Origin: Candidatus Latescibacterota bacterium
GTDB lineage: Bacteria; Latescibacterota; UBA2968; UBA8231
Assembly (NCBI GenBank): GCA_965243025.1
Contig: CBDETY010000003.1
Coordinates: 2,144,001 to 2,208,000 of the forward strand
DNA: 64,000 nt
Reading direction: 5' to 3'
Positions within the stretch are counted from its first letter, which is position 1. Every line of letters starts with the position of its first letter. Below the pieces are notes generated by a model. It was not told where the DNA came from. It worked only from the letters and a program-made list of their open reading frames with translations, and searched no databases. Shown one piece after another: positions 39,401 to 48,966 of this stretch. Made by a program: the position numbers and the translations under genes.

Positions 39401-42400
39401 CGGCGGTCGGTTCCCCGCTGCTGAACAGGAGGGTAAGCGGGTCCTCGCGGCCGCGAAGGACCTCTGCCAGGGCCTGGCCGGAACGCCGGAACAGCCCGAT
39501 CTCGGTCAGACCGTGGGGGTGCAGTTCCTCCAGCCGGGATGCGAACTCCTCGAGATCGCCGGGCATTTCCTCCGGCAGCGGATCGTCCGGCCCCACCACC
39601 ACCAGGAACCGGTCGCCCGCCTCCTCCAGCACCCCTGACCTGGCGAGCATTTCGAACATCCGGCGAAACACGCGACTGTGCTCGGGAAGGACGTCGAGCT
39701 GTTCCCGCAACGCCTCCGGGTCCACGGTCTCGCCCGCCCGGCGCTGCCAACCCAGCTCTTCCAGGGTCGCCAGGGCGCGGGACCGCGACCATCGCTCGAG
39801 GTTCGAAAGCAGGGCGTCCCGGTCCCCGGGATCGACCCCGGCGTCGGCCAGGTAACCGGCGAACAACTGGGAGCCCTCGGCGACGGCTGCCGGACCCGGG
39901 AAGAAGTCCGCGGGTGTCATTCCGGGTGGAAGCCCGCGCTCGCGCCACACCACCTCGTACAGCAGGTCCTTGACTCCCTGGACCGCCGAGAGCAGCGCCT
40001 CCCGGGTCGCCCTCTTCACCGTGTACCCGCTCAGGCGGCCGAGGGGCATTCCGTCCGGGTCGTAGATGCGCAGCTCGCCGCTCAGCACCTCCGCAGGCTC
40101 GCCGGCGCCGGTCTCGGCGTCGGCGGACGCCTCGCTCAGGCGCACGTGGCAGACGACCCGGTCGGGCAGCGGTCCGGCCAGCCACAACCGCTCCCAGCCG
40201 AACGGCAGGTACGTGGCCCCGCCCTCGGTCCCGGCCAGGTTGCGCGCCGCGCCCACGACCTGGAAGCAACCGTCCAGCACGAGCGGATGGACGTCGAGCC
40301 CGTGCCCGGTCAGGGTTTCCGGCAGGGTAATTTCGCCCAACGCCTCCCCCGGGCGGGCCCAGGCCCTCCCGAGGGTGCGGAAAAACGGACCCAGGTCGAC
40401 CCCGGTGCTCGCCCGGTGGCGGTAGTAACCCGCCACGTCCACGGGCGACAGGCCGGCCTTGAGGCTTTCCAGATCGATCCGCCCACCCGCTTCCGGGTCG
40501 GATCCCCCCGGCCCCAGACGACCTTCCACGTGAACGGTCCATTCCCCTTCACTCCCCCTGCTGAAGATCTGGAGAGAGCGCGGCGAGGCCGGCTCGGCGG
40601 AATCGAGCACGACCTGGACCTTCCTGCCGTCACCCGTTCCGTCTTCTTCCTCCTCCTCGAAGACCAGGGGGTTGTGCAGCTGCATCTCCTCGACGACCAC
40701 CGGCCCGCTCTCCTCGAGGAGCGACGCCGCGCAGGCCATGGCCCCGTAGAGGGCGCCGGGAGCAACGATCCGGCCGAACACCTTGTGGTCGTTCATCCAG
40801 GACGGATCCGAGGGGAACAGTTCAGTCTCAAAGGCGATTTCGCCCTGGGCGGACTCGTGCCGGGCACCCAGCAGCGGGTGGCCGGCGCTTCCGGGACGGC
40901 GTCTCGGCAGCTCGATCCAGTGCCGCTCGCGCTGGAACGGATAGCTGGGCAGGGAGATCCGCCGCCGCGTCTCCCCCGGGAAGAGTCCCTCGAAACGGAT
41001 CGGGAGCCCCGCCTGGTACGCCCCGGCGACCGCCTCCACGAAACCGTCGGGACTCCCGGACTCCGCTGCGTCGTCCGGCGGCGGGCTCAGGCTCGACAGC
41101 ACCACCGGGGGCGGGGCCTGCGGCGACTGCGGCCAGGAGGAGGCCGCCATCGGAGCCAGCACCGATCGCGGACCGATCTCCAGCACCGCGTCCACACCGA
41201 GATCCGCCATCGCCTCCACCCCCCGGGCGAAAGCCACCGGCTCCCGGGCATGCCGCCTCCAGTAAGCCCCGTCCTGCACCTGGCCAGGTTCGACGGCTCG
41301 CCCCGTCAGGTTGCTGACCACGACAAGGGATGGCGGCTGAATCGCCACGCCGTCGAGGGAGGCTTCCAGCTCGTCGAGGATGGGCTCGACCAGGGCGCTG
41401 TGGAACGCGCGGGTCGTGTTCAGCCGCCGGACCCGCACTCCCTCCAGCTCGAATCGCTTCGAGATCGCTTCAACTCCCGCAACCGGGCCGCTGACCACCT
41501 GGTGGGTACCGTTGTATCCCGAGATGCTCAGCCCCGGGCCGGAGGAAGCCGCGTTCACCTCCTCCACCTCCGGGGCCACGCGCTCCGGCGGAGCGAAGAC
41601 CGCGGCCATGCCGCCCTCCTCCATCCGCGACATCAGCGCACCCCGTTTGGCGGCGAACCGCATCCCGTCTTCCAGGGCGAACACCCCTGCCGCCTGCGAC
41701 GCTGCGAGCTCTCCGATGCTGTGTCCGACGACCACGCCGGGGCGGACGCCGAGACTCGACCAGAGCGCCGTCAAGGCGCACTGCAGGGCGTACAGGGCGG
41801 GCTGCTCCCACGCCGTGTCGCCGAGTTCCCCTTCTCCTCCTGCCAAGCCGAACATCACCTCCAGCAGGGACTCCCCTCTCTCCTGAAGAACGACCGCCTC
41901 GCAGCGGTCCAGAACCGCCCGCGCCACCGGCTCGCTCTCGTAGAGCGTCCGTCCCATGCCGACCCACTGGCTTCCCTGCCCGGTGTAGGCGAACGCCACC
42001 CGGGCCGGTGCCCGCGGCGACGGACCCGCGTCCACCTCCACCAGCCCGCCGAGACGCTCCCGCAGCGAATCCGCGTCGTGGAAGATGACGCCGGCGCGGT
42101 GGTCGAAGTGGCTCCGGCCGACGCCCGCGGTCCATGCCATGTCGGCCAGGAGCGGCGGCAGCCCTCCGCCCTCGGGAGAGAGCTGGTCCGCACGTTCGTC
42201 GAGCCAGGACAGGTAGCGCTCCGCCAGGTCGCCGAGGGCGCCCTTCGACTTGCCCGACAGCGGCAGGAGACGGGTCCGGCGCGGCTCGACCTCCCGCTCC
42301 GGCAGCGGCAGGTCCCCCACGGTCGCCGGCAGCGAAACCGCCACCGGCTTCCCGGAGCCGGCAGCCCACGGTTCGCCAGCGGGCGCAGCGTCCGGGCCGC

Positions 42401-43802
42401 GGTATTCCTCCATCACGATGTGGGCGTTGGTCCCGGATATCCCGAAGGAGTTCACCCCCGCGAGCCGCGGCCGCCCCGGACGGTGCGGCAGGTCCATCAT
42501 CGACGAGGTCACCTGCAGCGGCAGGCGGTCCCAGTCGAGACTCGGGTTGGGATCGTGGAAATGGAGGTGTCTGGGAATCACGCCCCGTTCCAGTACCAGG
42601 GCGGCCTTGATCACCCCGGCCACGCCCGCAGCCGACTCCAGGTGGCCGATATTGGTCTTCACGGACCCGATGAGAAGCGGGCGGTCCGCCGGCCGGCCCT
42701 TCCCGTAGACTGCCGCCACGGCATCGATCTCGATCGGGTCCCCCACCGCGGTACCGGTCCCGTGGGCCTCGAGGTAATCCATCTCCAGCGGGGAGATTCC
42801 CGCGTCGGACAGCGCGGTTTCCATCACCTCTTCAAGCGCCGGGGTGTTCGGCACCGTCAGTCCGACGCTGGCCCCTCCGTGGTTCACGGCGGCGCCGCGG
42901 ATCACCGCCCGGATCCGGTCGCCGTCCGCCTCCGCCTCGCTCAACCGCTTGAGGACGACGACCCCGCAGCCCTCACCCCGCACGTACCCGTTCGCCGACG
43001 CGTCGAACGCCTTGCACTGCCCATCGGGAGACAGCATCATCGAATCGGCGCGCAGCTCGTAGATGCGGCCGTTCAGGATCGCCTGCACGCCGCCGGCGAT
43101 GGCCAGGTCCGCCTTGCCCTGCTGCAGGTCGGCCACCGCGTCGTGAACCGATACCATGGAGGACGCGCACGCGGCGTCCACCGCCTTCGCCGGCCCCCTG
43201 AGACCCAGCACGAAGGAGACCCGCCCGCTGGCGCCGTTCAGGTTGGTGCCGCTGAGGGCGTAGAGGCACCCGGCAGCCCCGTCGGGCTTGCTCGAGTCCA
43301 CCACCAGCATCCGGTATTCGTCGTTGCTGATCCCGGTGTAGACGCCGGTAAGGCTCTCCCGCAATCCCTCCGGATCGATTCCGGCGTCTTCGAGGGCCTC
43401 CCAACTCGTCTCCAGCATCATGCGCTGTTGAGGATCGAGCAGCTCCGCTTCCACCGGAGAAATCCGGAAGAAGGCGTCGTCGAAAAGGTCGATGTCGTCG
43501 ACGAAAGCCCCGAAACGGCAACTGTCGCTCTGCACGGCGTCCCCGGCGAAGAGCTGGCCCCAGCGCCCCTCTCCGGAACCCGGAACCCCCTCGCTGACCG
43601 CGTTCCCGCCCGCTGCGAGCAGACGCCAGAAGGCGGGGATGTCCGCGGCGCCGGGGAACCGGCAGGCCATGCCGACGATCGCTATCGGCTGACCCCGCCG
43701 GGAAGCCTCCAGGTTACCCGCCCCTGTTTCGACAGGGGACTCCCGGGAGGGACCGGAAGCCCCTTCCGCTCCCGTCATGGTGGTTCCAGTGTCAGCAGTC
43801 AT
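33435..43802 (-). CDS. supA: Type I PKS, KS-AT-DH-cMT-ER-KR-ACP-KS-AT(0), of the sponge-symbiont Sup type
   Basis: KS1 DAACASS/HGTGT/IGHLES; AT GHSIG/RAFHS; DH HKVFGRIVAPG; MT EVGAGTG; ER LIHAGAGGVG; KR TGGLGGIG; ACP LGMDSL; KS2 LNCASS/HGAGS; AT2 GQGPG. Confidence 0.9.
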   Translation of the reverse strand: MTADTGTTMTGAEGASGPSRESPVETGAGNLEASRRGQPIAIVGMACRFPGAADIPAFWRLLAAGGNAVSEGVPGSGEGRWGQLFAGDAVQSDSCRFGAFVDDIDLFDDAFFRISPVEAELLDPQQRMMLETSWEALEDAGIDPEGLRESLTGVYTGISNDEYRMLVVDSSKPDGAAGCLYALSGTNLNGASGRVSFVLGLRGPAKAVDAACASSMVSVHDAVADLQQGKADLAIAGGVQAILNGRIYELRADSMMLSPDGQCKAFDASANGYVRGEGCGVVVLKRLSEAEADGDRIRAVIRGAAVNHGGASVGLTVPNTPALEEVMETALSDAGISPLEMDYLEAHGTGTAVGDPIEIDAVAAVYGKGRPADRPLLIGSVKTNIGHLESAAGVAGVIKAALVLERGVIPRHLHFHDPNPSLDWDRLPLQVTSSMMDLPHRPGRPRLAGVNSFGISGTNAHIVMEEYRGPDAAPAGEPWAAGSGKPVAVSLPATVGDLPLPEREVEPRRTRLLPLSGKSKGALGDLAERYLSWLDERADQLSPEGGGLPPLLADMAWTAGVGRSHFDHRAGVIFHDADSLRERLGGLVEVDAGPSPRAPARVAFAYTGQGSQWVGMGRTLYESEPVARAVLDRCEAVVLQERGESLLEVMFGLAGGEGELGDTAWEQPALYALQCALTALWSSLGVRPGVVVGHSIGELAASQAAGVFALEDGMRFAAKRGALMSRMEEGGMAAVFAPPERVAPEVEEVNAASSGPGLSISGYNGTHQVVSGPVAGVEAISKRFELEGVRVRRLNTTRAFHSALVEPILDELEASLDGVAIQPPSLVVVSNLTGRAVEPGQVQDGAYWRRHAREPVAFARGVEAMADLGVDAVLEIGPRSVLAPMAASSWPQSPQAPPPVVLSSLSPPPDDAAESGSPDGFVEAVAGAYQAGLPIRFEGLFPGETRRRISLPSYPFQRERHWIELPRRRPGSAGHPLLGARHESAQGEIAFETELFPSDPSWMNDHKVFGRIVAPGALYGAMACAASLLEESGPVVVEEMQLHNPLVFEEEEEDGTGDGRKVQVVLDSAEPASPRSLQIFSRGSEGEWTVHVEGRLGPGGSDPEAGGRIDLESLKAGLSPVDVAGYYRHRASTGVDLGPFFRTLGRAWARPGEALGEITLPETLTGHGLDVHPLVLDGCFQVVGAARNLAGTEGGATYLPFGWERLWLAGPLPDRVVCHVRLSEASADAETGAGEPAEVLSGELRIYDPDGMPLGRLSGYTVKRATREALLSAVQGVKDLLYEVVWRERGLPPGMTPADFFPGPAAVAEGSQLFAGYLADAGVDPGDRDALLSNLERWSRSRALATLEELGWQRRAGETVDPEALREQLDVLPEHSRVFRRMFEMLARSGVLEEAGDRFLVVVGPDDPLPEEMPGDLEEFASRLEELHPHGLTEIGLFRRSGQALAEVLRGREDPLTLLFSSGEPTAADLYLKAPVARAANRMLAEAVRALVAALPEGRRLRVIEVGAGTGSATASVLPELPEGRFDYVYTDISAGFFAEAEARFGEKAIEYRPLDIEKDPIAQGFDSHGYDLLIASNVLHATRYLEETLGHCLDLLAPSGQLIALENLSGLGWMDLTFGQLDGWWRFADGYRPHHALASPAVWRQALGDAGFEAAEVLGPDESDPSRTPDKGVIVARGPAQVKEPAGVWVLAADQGGLAAKLAAGLAARSQTVVLAGSEAPEDGKPEAAGPGVFRTGVEMDRRESWQSLLAGLPDGVPLSGVVHLAGLDGHGAHAATGEMAEDVRRAGASALALVQAVVDSDVVPANGLWMVTRGAQVLERERGGELAGATLWGFGKAVAREAAHLQPRMIDLDPGEMAPEADLVTELLNPDPENHIAYRSGRRQVARLVRAGAESERLSLPEEPDWVLAPDPAGVFDRPYVHPLPAAALEPGEVRVAVEAAGLNFWDVFRSLGFIEEGLLGREMCGHIVEVGSEVSTAAVGDHVVGLGFGAFGPQMVTREELVAPAPSGFSVSGLATVPSAFVSAALSFELSGLEAGERVLIHAGAGGVGLAAIQLVQAAGAEVFATASAPKQAYLRSLGVERIFDSRQTAFGREILEATGGEGVDVVLNSLTGEGFIDASLSCLRQGGRFVEMARRDILSEEEMAAVRPDVSYSILELDVLKKTEPAWVGRVLRQVVERLSAGELKPILHSRWPLAEAGGALSFMRSARHLGKIVVTPPPLRQGRLRQDRTYLVTGGLGGIGCAVAGWLADRGAGAIVLNGRRAPDAEAEEAVRRLRERGVTVQVELADVTDAAAIDEMLARVDAALPPLGGVVHSVGVLSDGALTNQSWERFETVLWPKVLGAWHLHRATEDRDLDLFILFSSRVGVMGNPGQANHAAANAFLDQLAGHRRAMGLPGQAIAWGAWSEIGEAAEQRDRIDRQRTALGGRWFTPEQGMQAFDQLVRQDTTTSVVMSMDWSVFEEAVEDRPAFLEDLLSVPADEADSPASSEDLLSRLREAPAREELLVSFLQQEVQAVLRLTSPPEPTVGFFDLGMDSLMAVELRNRLNRAFAEEYVVPNTVVFDYPDIAALASHLAGELGEAGGAPAPRPQPVPEPLPAVPGGEEEDGIAIVGMACRFPGAPDIAAFWRQLETGADAVTDGRGDSGSWKDLSEDLPSEYAAYRQGGFVEGIEQFDSRFFRIAPIEARLMDPRQRMMLETTWQALDDAGMDPDRLRGSRTGLYAGIAASEYRDLMTGGGVSYLGTAASMTVGRVSFALGLEGPTIPVELNCASSLVAVHYAVSALRQGEVDLALAAGAHAVLSPELTREMAELGLLSASGRCRAFDAAADGFVRGEGCGVVLLKRLSEAEADGDRIWGVIRGSAVNQNGAAAGPTVPNGPAQERVIEEALARGSVVPEEVDYLEAHGAGSGFGDPIEVQAAAAVYGRGREADRPLLIGSVKTNIGHLEPAAGVASLIKTVLAMKRGIIPRNLHFEEPNPHLDWDRLPVEVVSDLTDWPSHPGRPRRAGVSAFGISGTNSHVVVEGYGEANGAGPDGESLASGPALPVGVSLPEPLADLPLPGEGESGTRRTRILPLSGKAEGALQELAGRYLSWLDERDGEGDADTVLADMAWTAGAGRSHFDHRAAVVFRGAASLREGLEALAEAEERPQPLAASKAAFVFTGEGCHWAGMGQELYESEPVVRAVLDRCHSVLQDERGASLLDAMFGRAGSEGALEDPARAQPAVYALECALAALWSSLGIRPGAVVGQGPGELAAAQAAGVFGLEEGLRLAAVRGATDPDRNGREAVLEATAISPPSLPFVSSVTGRVLDADGLDRGYWQRPGQEPVAFDRCAETLAGLGVQAVLEIGPDAVLAPMFSRAWPKPGDGRQADGNGSHASGGSPGAPVALSSLRRDSQCDEAFVSAVAGAYEAGLAVSFSGLFAGETRRRISLPGYPFQRRRHWIDAQTASGG

Positions 43803-44278
43803 TTCCGGACTCCTTCAGTCGTGGAAACCGGGCGCTGCCCGGCGCTTTCTTCCATACCTGATTGTACGACAATATCACCTGCGGATGTAACCTGCCGAGC
43901 GGCACAGCCAATCCGTTGCATGTCAAATCCGCCGCCCCTCCCCCGCGGTTTACCGGCATACCTGCGACAAAAACATACCGTGCCGGAATCACATGGTTTA
44001 CCTTTTCTCCCTTCGCGTGAACCTCCGCCGTTTGCTGGTGGCAACCGGGACCCCACACCGCCAGGAGCCAACTATTTCTGCGAACACCTGGAGGCAGACA
44101 TCAGCCCCCGGCGGCATGATTCCGGAAAACCTTCCTCCGGTTCGTACCTTCCCTTCCCCGTCGGACCGATGCAACCCCTTTCCGCAAGGCGACGACTCCT
44201 GCATGCCGAGGGCTTCCCACAACCCCTTCCACCACCTCGTCCGGTGACTTCCGGACCATACAAACCTGGAGCGCCTCG

Positions 44279-45436
44279 ATGGCCAAGATCCTAGTCGTAG
44301 ACGACGAGCCGGACCTGGAGCTGTTGCTGCGGCAGAAATTCCGGCGCCGCACCCGGTCCGGAGAGCTCAGTCTCGTTTTCGCCCAGAACGGCGTCGAGGC
44401 CCTGCAGCAACTCGAGGAACACGACGACGTCGACCTCGTGCTGTCGGACATCAACATGCCCGAAATGGACGGTCTCACTCTCCTGCAGCAGCTCGGCAGT
44501 CTCGACTACGACCTGCGGGCGGTGATGGTCACCGCCTACGGGGACATGAAGAACATCCGCACCGCCATGAACCGGGGGGCTTTCGACTTCGTGACCAAGC
44601 CGATCGACTTCGACGACCTCGAGGCGACGATCGCCAAGACCCTCGAGCACCTCGGGGTGATGCGCGAGGCGCTGCGCTCCCGGGACGAGCTGGTGGCCAT
44701 TCGGCAGGAGCTCGGAGTGGCGGCGCAGATGCAGGAGTCCATTCTCCCCACCGACTTTCCCGAGAACCCGCGCTACGAAATCCACGCATCGATGATCCCC
44801 GCCCGCGAGGTCGGCGGCGATTTCTACGACTTCTTCCGGCTCGAGGACGAACGCATGGGAATCGTGGTGGCGGACGTATCGGGAAAGGGAGTGCCGGCGG
44901 CCCTGTTCATGATGGTGAGCCGGACCCTTATGAAAGGAACCGCGATCGGCGAGAGCAATCCGGCCAGGTGCCTTTGCGAGGTCAACGAGCTGCTGACGGA
45001 GTCGAACGAGGAGTCGATGTTCGTCACCGTGTTCTACACCACCCTCGATCCGGTAACCGGGCGCGTCGAGTTCGCCAACGCCGGGCACAACCTTCCGTTC
45101 GTGATCAAGCCGTCGGGCCAGGTGCGGCAGATCGCCTGCGATCCGGGACTGGTCCTCGGGGTGCTGCCCTCCTTCGAGTTCCCGGGCGGCACGGCCGAGC
45201 TGGCGGCCGGGGACGTGCTCTTCTTCTACACCGACGGCGTCAACGAGGCGATGGACGAGAACGGCGTCGAGTTCGGCGACGAAAGGCTGACCCGGGTTCT
45301 GGCGGAGGCCGCGGGTGCGAGCGCCGCCGAGTTCAGCAGCCGGGTGGTGCAGGCGGTGCAGGACCACGCCGGGGAAGCCCCCCAGTCCGACGACATCACC
45401 TGCATGGCGGTGCGCTACATCGGAGACCCCGCCTAG
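44279..45436 (+). CDS. Response regulator receiver fused to a SpoIIE/PP2C phosphatase (RsbU/RsbP-like)
   Basis: Receiver motifs ILVVDDE, SDINMPEMDG and FVTKP; phosphatase motifs VGGDFYD, ADVSGKG, ANAGH, YTDGVNE and SDDIT. Confidence 0.93.
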   Translation: MAKILVVDDEPDLELLLRQKFRRRTRSGELSLVFAQNGVEALQQLEEHDDVDLVLSDINMPEMDGLTLLQQLGSLDYDLRAVMVTAYGDMKNIRTAMNRGAFDFVTKPIDFDDLEATIAKTLEHLGVMREALRSRDELVAIRQELGVAAQMQESILPTDFPENPRYEIHASMIPAREVGGDFYDFFRLEDERMGIVVADVSGKGVPAALFMMVSRTLMKGTAIGESNPARCLCEVNELLTESNEESMFVTVFYTTLDPVTGRVEFANAGHNLPFVIKPSGQVRQIACDPGLVLGVLPSFEFPGGTAELAAGDVLFFYTDGVNEAMDENGVEFGDERLTRVLAEAAGASAAEFSSRVVQAVQDHAGEAPQSDDITCMAVRYIGDPA

Positions 45437-45484
45437 TGCCTGTTCCATCCATTTCCTTCAACCTGCCTCCGGAACAGGACCCTG

Positions 45485-46735
45485 GTGCCCGCCCGCGGGA
45501 TTCCGCTTGAACTCCGCCGCCTGCCCGCGCGGGCCGGCGAGGCGGCGGGCCGCTTCGCCCTCCTCGCCGCGGCGGCCTCGGGACTGGCCCATGCGGCCGC
45601 TCACGGGGCTCCCCCCGCCGGGGGCGACGGGGTGTTCCCCGACTCGATCCTCTTCGGACAGTCCGCTGCTCTGAGCGGTCCCGCCGGAGAGCTGGGCACG
45701 AACATGAACCTCGGGATCCGCGCGGCTTTCGAGGAGGCGAACCTCTCCGGCGGCATCCACGGCCGTCAGCTCCGGCTGCTCGTCCGGGACGACGGGTACG
45801 AGCCCGAGGCCGCGGTCGCCAACACCAGGGAGCTGATCGCCCTCGGCGTCTTCGGGCTGATCGGCGCCGTCGGCACCCCGACCTCGAACGCCGCCGAGCC
45901 CATAGCCAGCGGCGCCTCGATCCCCTACATCGGGCCCTTCACCGGCGCCGACCTGCTCAGGGGGAACGACCAGCGGTACGTGGTGAACGTGCGCGCCTCC
46001 TACTTCCAGGAGACCGAGGAGATGGTGGAAAGGCTGACCGCGGACCTGGGGTTCCGGCGCATCGCCATCCTCTACCAGGACGACAGCTACGGCAAGGCCG
46101 GCCTGACCGGAGTGCGCCGGGCCCTCGACCGGCGCGGCATGAAGCTGGTTGGAGAATCGACCTACATGCGCAACACCGTCGCCGTCAAACGGGCCCTTCT
46201 CGACCTCCAGGACAGCGACCCGCAAGCGGTCATCATCATCGGCGCCTACCGGCCGGCGGCGCACTTCATCAAGTGGGCCCGGAAGATCGGCCTGGGCGCC
46301 GTCTTCGTGAACATCTCCTTCGTCGGCAGCAACGCCCTGCTCGAGGAGTTGGGCGGGGCCGGCGACGGGGTGGTAGTCACCCAGGTCGTCCCGTTCCCCC
46401 GCGACACCGGCATTCCGGTGGTGGCCCGGTATCAGACCGCCCTCAAAGCGATCGACGCGGCGGCGCAGCCGGGGTTCGTCTCCCTCGAGGGGTACCTGGC
46501 GGGGCGCCTCGCCGTCGATGCCCTGCGAACCTCCACCGCCCCAGCCGGCGGCGGTGAGGCCGGGCGGCCGACGCGTGAGGCTTTCCTGCGAACCCTGGAG
46601 GAGTCCGGTCCGATCGACCTGGGCGGCTTCGAGGTCCGCTACGGCCCCGGGGACAACCAGGGATCCGACCGGGTCTTCCTGACCATGATCCGCGGGGGCG
46701 GTTTCGCCCCGGTTGCACGGCTGTCGTCGAGATGA
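45485..46735 (+). CDS. Periplasmic solute-binding protein (Peripla_BP_6), probable sensor partner
   Basis: Motifs GQSAALSGP, DDGYEP, VGTPT, NVRASY and SLEGYLAG; ATGA overlap with the kinase. Confidence 0.85.
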   Translation: MPARGIPLELRRLPARAGEAAGRFALLAAAASGLAHAAAHGAPPAGGDGVFPDSILFGQSAALSGPAGELGTNMNLGIRAAFEEANLSGGIHGRQLRLLVRDDGYEPEAAVANTRELIALGVFGLIGAVGTPTSNAAEPIASGASIPYIGPFTGADLLRGNDQRYVVNVRASYFQETEEMVERLTADLGFRRIAILYQDDSYGKAGLTGVRRALDRRGMKLVGESTYMRNTVAVKRALLDLQDSDPQAVIIIGAYRPAAHFIKWARKIGLGAVFVNISFVGSNALLEELGGAGDGVVVTQVVPFPRDTGIPVVARYQTALKAIDAAAQPGFVSLEGYLAGRLAVDALRTSTAPAGGGEAGRPTREAFLRTLEESGPIDLGGFEVRYGPGDNQGSDRVFLTMIRGGGFAPVARLSSR

Positions 46736-48966
46736 ACATCTCCGAGCAACGCCTCGAATCGACCTTCGAAAGCGTCCTGGCCCGGGTCCCGGGCCCCCTG
46801 GGAGACCGTCTCCGGAGAGCGACCGGAGGGCGCTTCGGCATCGGCAGCAAGATCGCCCTGGTCCTGGGGGGCGGCGTCGCCCTGACCATCGGGGCCGTCG
46901 TTCTCGCCCTGGGGCTGATGAGGATCGTCAGCACCAGGCAGAGCGAGGTCACCGAGGGGTACATGCCGGCCCTGGTCGCCGCCTTCGAGGTCGCCCGGAG
47001 CAGCTCCGAGCTGGTGCGGGCTTCCCCCCGGCTCCTCGCCGCCGACGATCCCGACGACCTCGGGCTGGTGATGTGGGACGTGGTGCGGGAGGAGGAGACG
47101 CTGCGGAAATGGCTTTCCGAAGTCAGGCGGGCCGAATCGAAGGGAGGCGCCGAAGGGGACATCGGCAGTGCGGTCGTGCCGCTGGCGGACAGCCTGGTGG
47201 AGAGCATCGGCCAGATCCAGGAGTCGGTCCGGCGCAGGATGCAGCACCGGGCCCTGCTGCGAAAGCTCGAAGGGGAGGTCGAGAGCCTCGCCCTCCAGCT
47301 GCAGCTCCTGCTCGAGGAGCTGGTCGACGACCAGCATTTCTTCATGCACACCGGGCTCCGCGATCTTGACGATGACCCCGTTTCCCGGTCACGGAGGATC
47401 TCCAAGGCCGAACTCGATCATTATGCCGGCCTCCTAGATTTCCAGGCTTCCCAGAACGTCACCACCACCTTCATCCAGCAGGCGATGACGGAGAACGACC
47501 CAGAGCTGCTGAGGGCGAACCGGGAAAGGGTGGAGACCGCCATGAGCGACGTGCGCCGGGCCCTCGGCGGGATCAGACCGGCGATCAGGTCCCGGCTCCA
47601 GCCGCAGGTGGAGAAGCTGACCGGCCTCTACGCCGCCCCGGACGGGGCCTTCGAGATCCGCACCCGCGAGCTGGAGGAAATCCGCCGCTCCGAGGATCTC
47701 CTGGCGCGCAACCAGCAGACGACCGCCGACCTCGTGGCCATGGTGGAAGGCCTGGTGAAGGAGGCCGAGGTCTCCACCCAGAACGCCGCCAACCGCTCCC
47801 GCAACCTCGTGCGGCTCGGGTTCTGGTTTCTGCTCGGGGTCACCCTGCTCACCCTCGCCGCCGCCTACCTCGTCTGGAAGTTCTTCGGCAAACGGCTGCT
47901 GGCGAGGCTGGGCAGGCTCTTCGACGCCACCCGGCGCATGTCGAAGGGGGACCTCGAGGTGCAGGTCGAGATCGAAGGGAACGACGAGGTCACCGACATG
48001 GCCGGGGCCCTCGAGGTCTTCCGGCAGCACGCCGTCGAGGTGCAGCGGCTCAACCTCGTCGAGAAGCTCGCCGCGGAAGTCCAGGCCAAGAACGCCGAGC
48101 TCGAGACCACCAACACCGAGCTGGAGACCACCCTCGAAGACCTCAGGCGCACCCAGCAGCAGGTCGTCAGCCAGGAAAAGCTCGCCTCCCTGGGGGCCCT
48201 CACCGCCGGCATCGCCCACGAGATCAGGAACCCCCTGAACTTCGTCAACAACTTCTCCGGCCTTTCCTCCGAGCTGATCGACGAGCTGCGCGAAGAGCTG
48301 AAGGGAGAGGGAGAAGGGGGCGCGGACCAGGAGCTGATCGACGAGATCCTCGACGACCTCGGCGGCAACACGGCCAAGGTCAAGGAGCACGGGGAGCGCG
48401 CCAACCGCATTGTCGAGGGCATGCTTGCCCACTCCCGCGACGAAGCGGGACAGGTGGAATCCGCCGACATCAACCAGCTTCTCGACGAGTACGCCAAGCT
48501 CGCCTACCACGGCCTCAGGGGGACGGATTCGACTTTCAACGTCAACCTGATCCAGGAGTACGACGACGCCGCGGGGAAGGTCGAGGCGGTCACCCGCGAC
48601 CTGAGCCGGGTCTTCCTCAACGTGGTGACGAACGCCTGCCACGCCACCGCCGCCCGCGCCGGCGATTCCGACGGCTCCTACAAGCCGACCGTGTGGCTCA
48701 GGACCGAAGGCAGCGAGGACAGCGTCAGGGTTTCCATCCGCGACAACGGCACCGGGATTCCCCCCGAGATCGTCGAAAGGATCTTCGACCCGTTCTTCAC
48801 CACCAAGTCCGGCACCCAGGGGACCGGGCTCGGACTGTCGATCTCCCACGAGATCGTCCGCGAGCACGGCGGGGAGTTCCAGGTGGAGACCGAAGTGGGC
48901 GAGTTCACCGAGTTCAGGATTCTGCTGCCGAGGAAGGGGCTCCTGTCCGGGGGTCCAGCCTCCTGA
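46732..48966 (+). CDS. Membrane histidine kinase (TorS-like periplasmic helical sensor, HAMP, HisKA, HATPase)
   Basis: Two TM helices; HAMP GNDEVTDMA; H box AHEIRNPL; N box LNVVTNA; DNGTGI, FFTTK and GTGLGLSI. Confidence 0.92.
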   Translation: MNISEQRLESTFESVLARVPGPLGDRLRRATGGRFGIGSKIALVLGGGVALTIGAVVLALGLMRIVSTRQSEVTEGYMPALVAAFEVARSSSELVRASPRLLAADDPDDLGLVMWDVVREEETLRKWLSEVRRAESKGGAEGDIGSAVVPLADSLVESIGQIQESVRRRMQHRALLRKLEGEVESLALQLQLLLEELVDDQHFFMHTGLRDLDDDPVSRSRRISKAELDHYAGLLDFQASQNVTTTFIQQAMTENDPELLRANRERVETAMSDVRRALGGIRPAIRSRLQPQVEKLTGLYAAPDGAFEIRTRELEEIRRSEDLLARNQQTTADLVAMVEGLVKEAEVSTQNAANRSRNLVRLGFWFLLGVTLLTLAAAYLVWKFFGKRLLARLGRLFDATRRMSKGDLEVQVEIEGNDEVTDMAGALEVFRQHAVEVQRLNLVEKLAAEVQAKNAELETTNTELETTLEDLRRTQQQVVSQEKLASLGALTAGIAHEIRNPLNFVNNFSGLSSELIDELREELKGEGEGGADQELIDEILDDLGGNTAKVKEHGERANRIVEGMLAHSRDEAGQVESADINQLLDEYAKLAYHGLRGTDSTFNVNLIQEYDDAAGKVEAVTRDLSRVFLNVVTNACHATAARAGDSDGSYKPTVWLRTEGSEDSVRVSIRDNGTGIPPEIVERIFDPFFTTKSGTQGTGLGLSISHEIVREHGGEFQVETEVGEFTEFRILLPRKGLLSGGPAS

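Noticed and set aside
34737-44294. Very long + strand ORFs (1633 and 1538 aa) opposite the PKS
   Set aside because: Antisense shadows caused by high-GC codon bias; no motifs, and they overlap supA
48097-48135. Short tandem duplication (ELETTNTELETT) in the histidine kinase
   Set aside because: A single heptad duplication in a coiled-coil linker, which is ordinary
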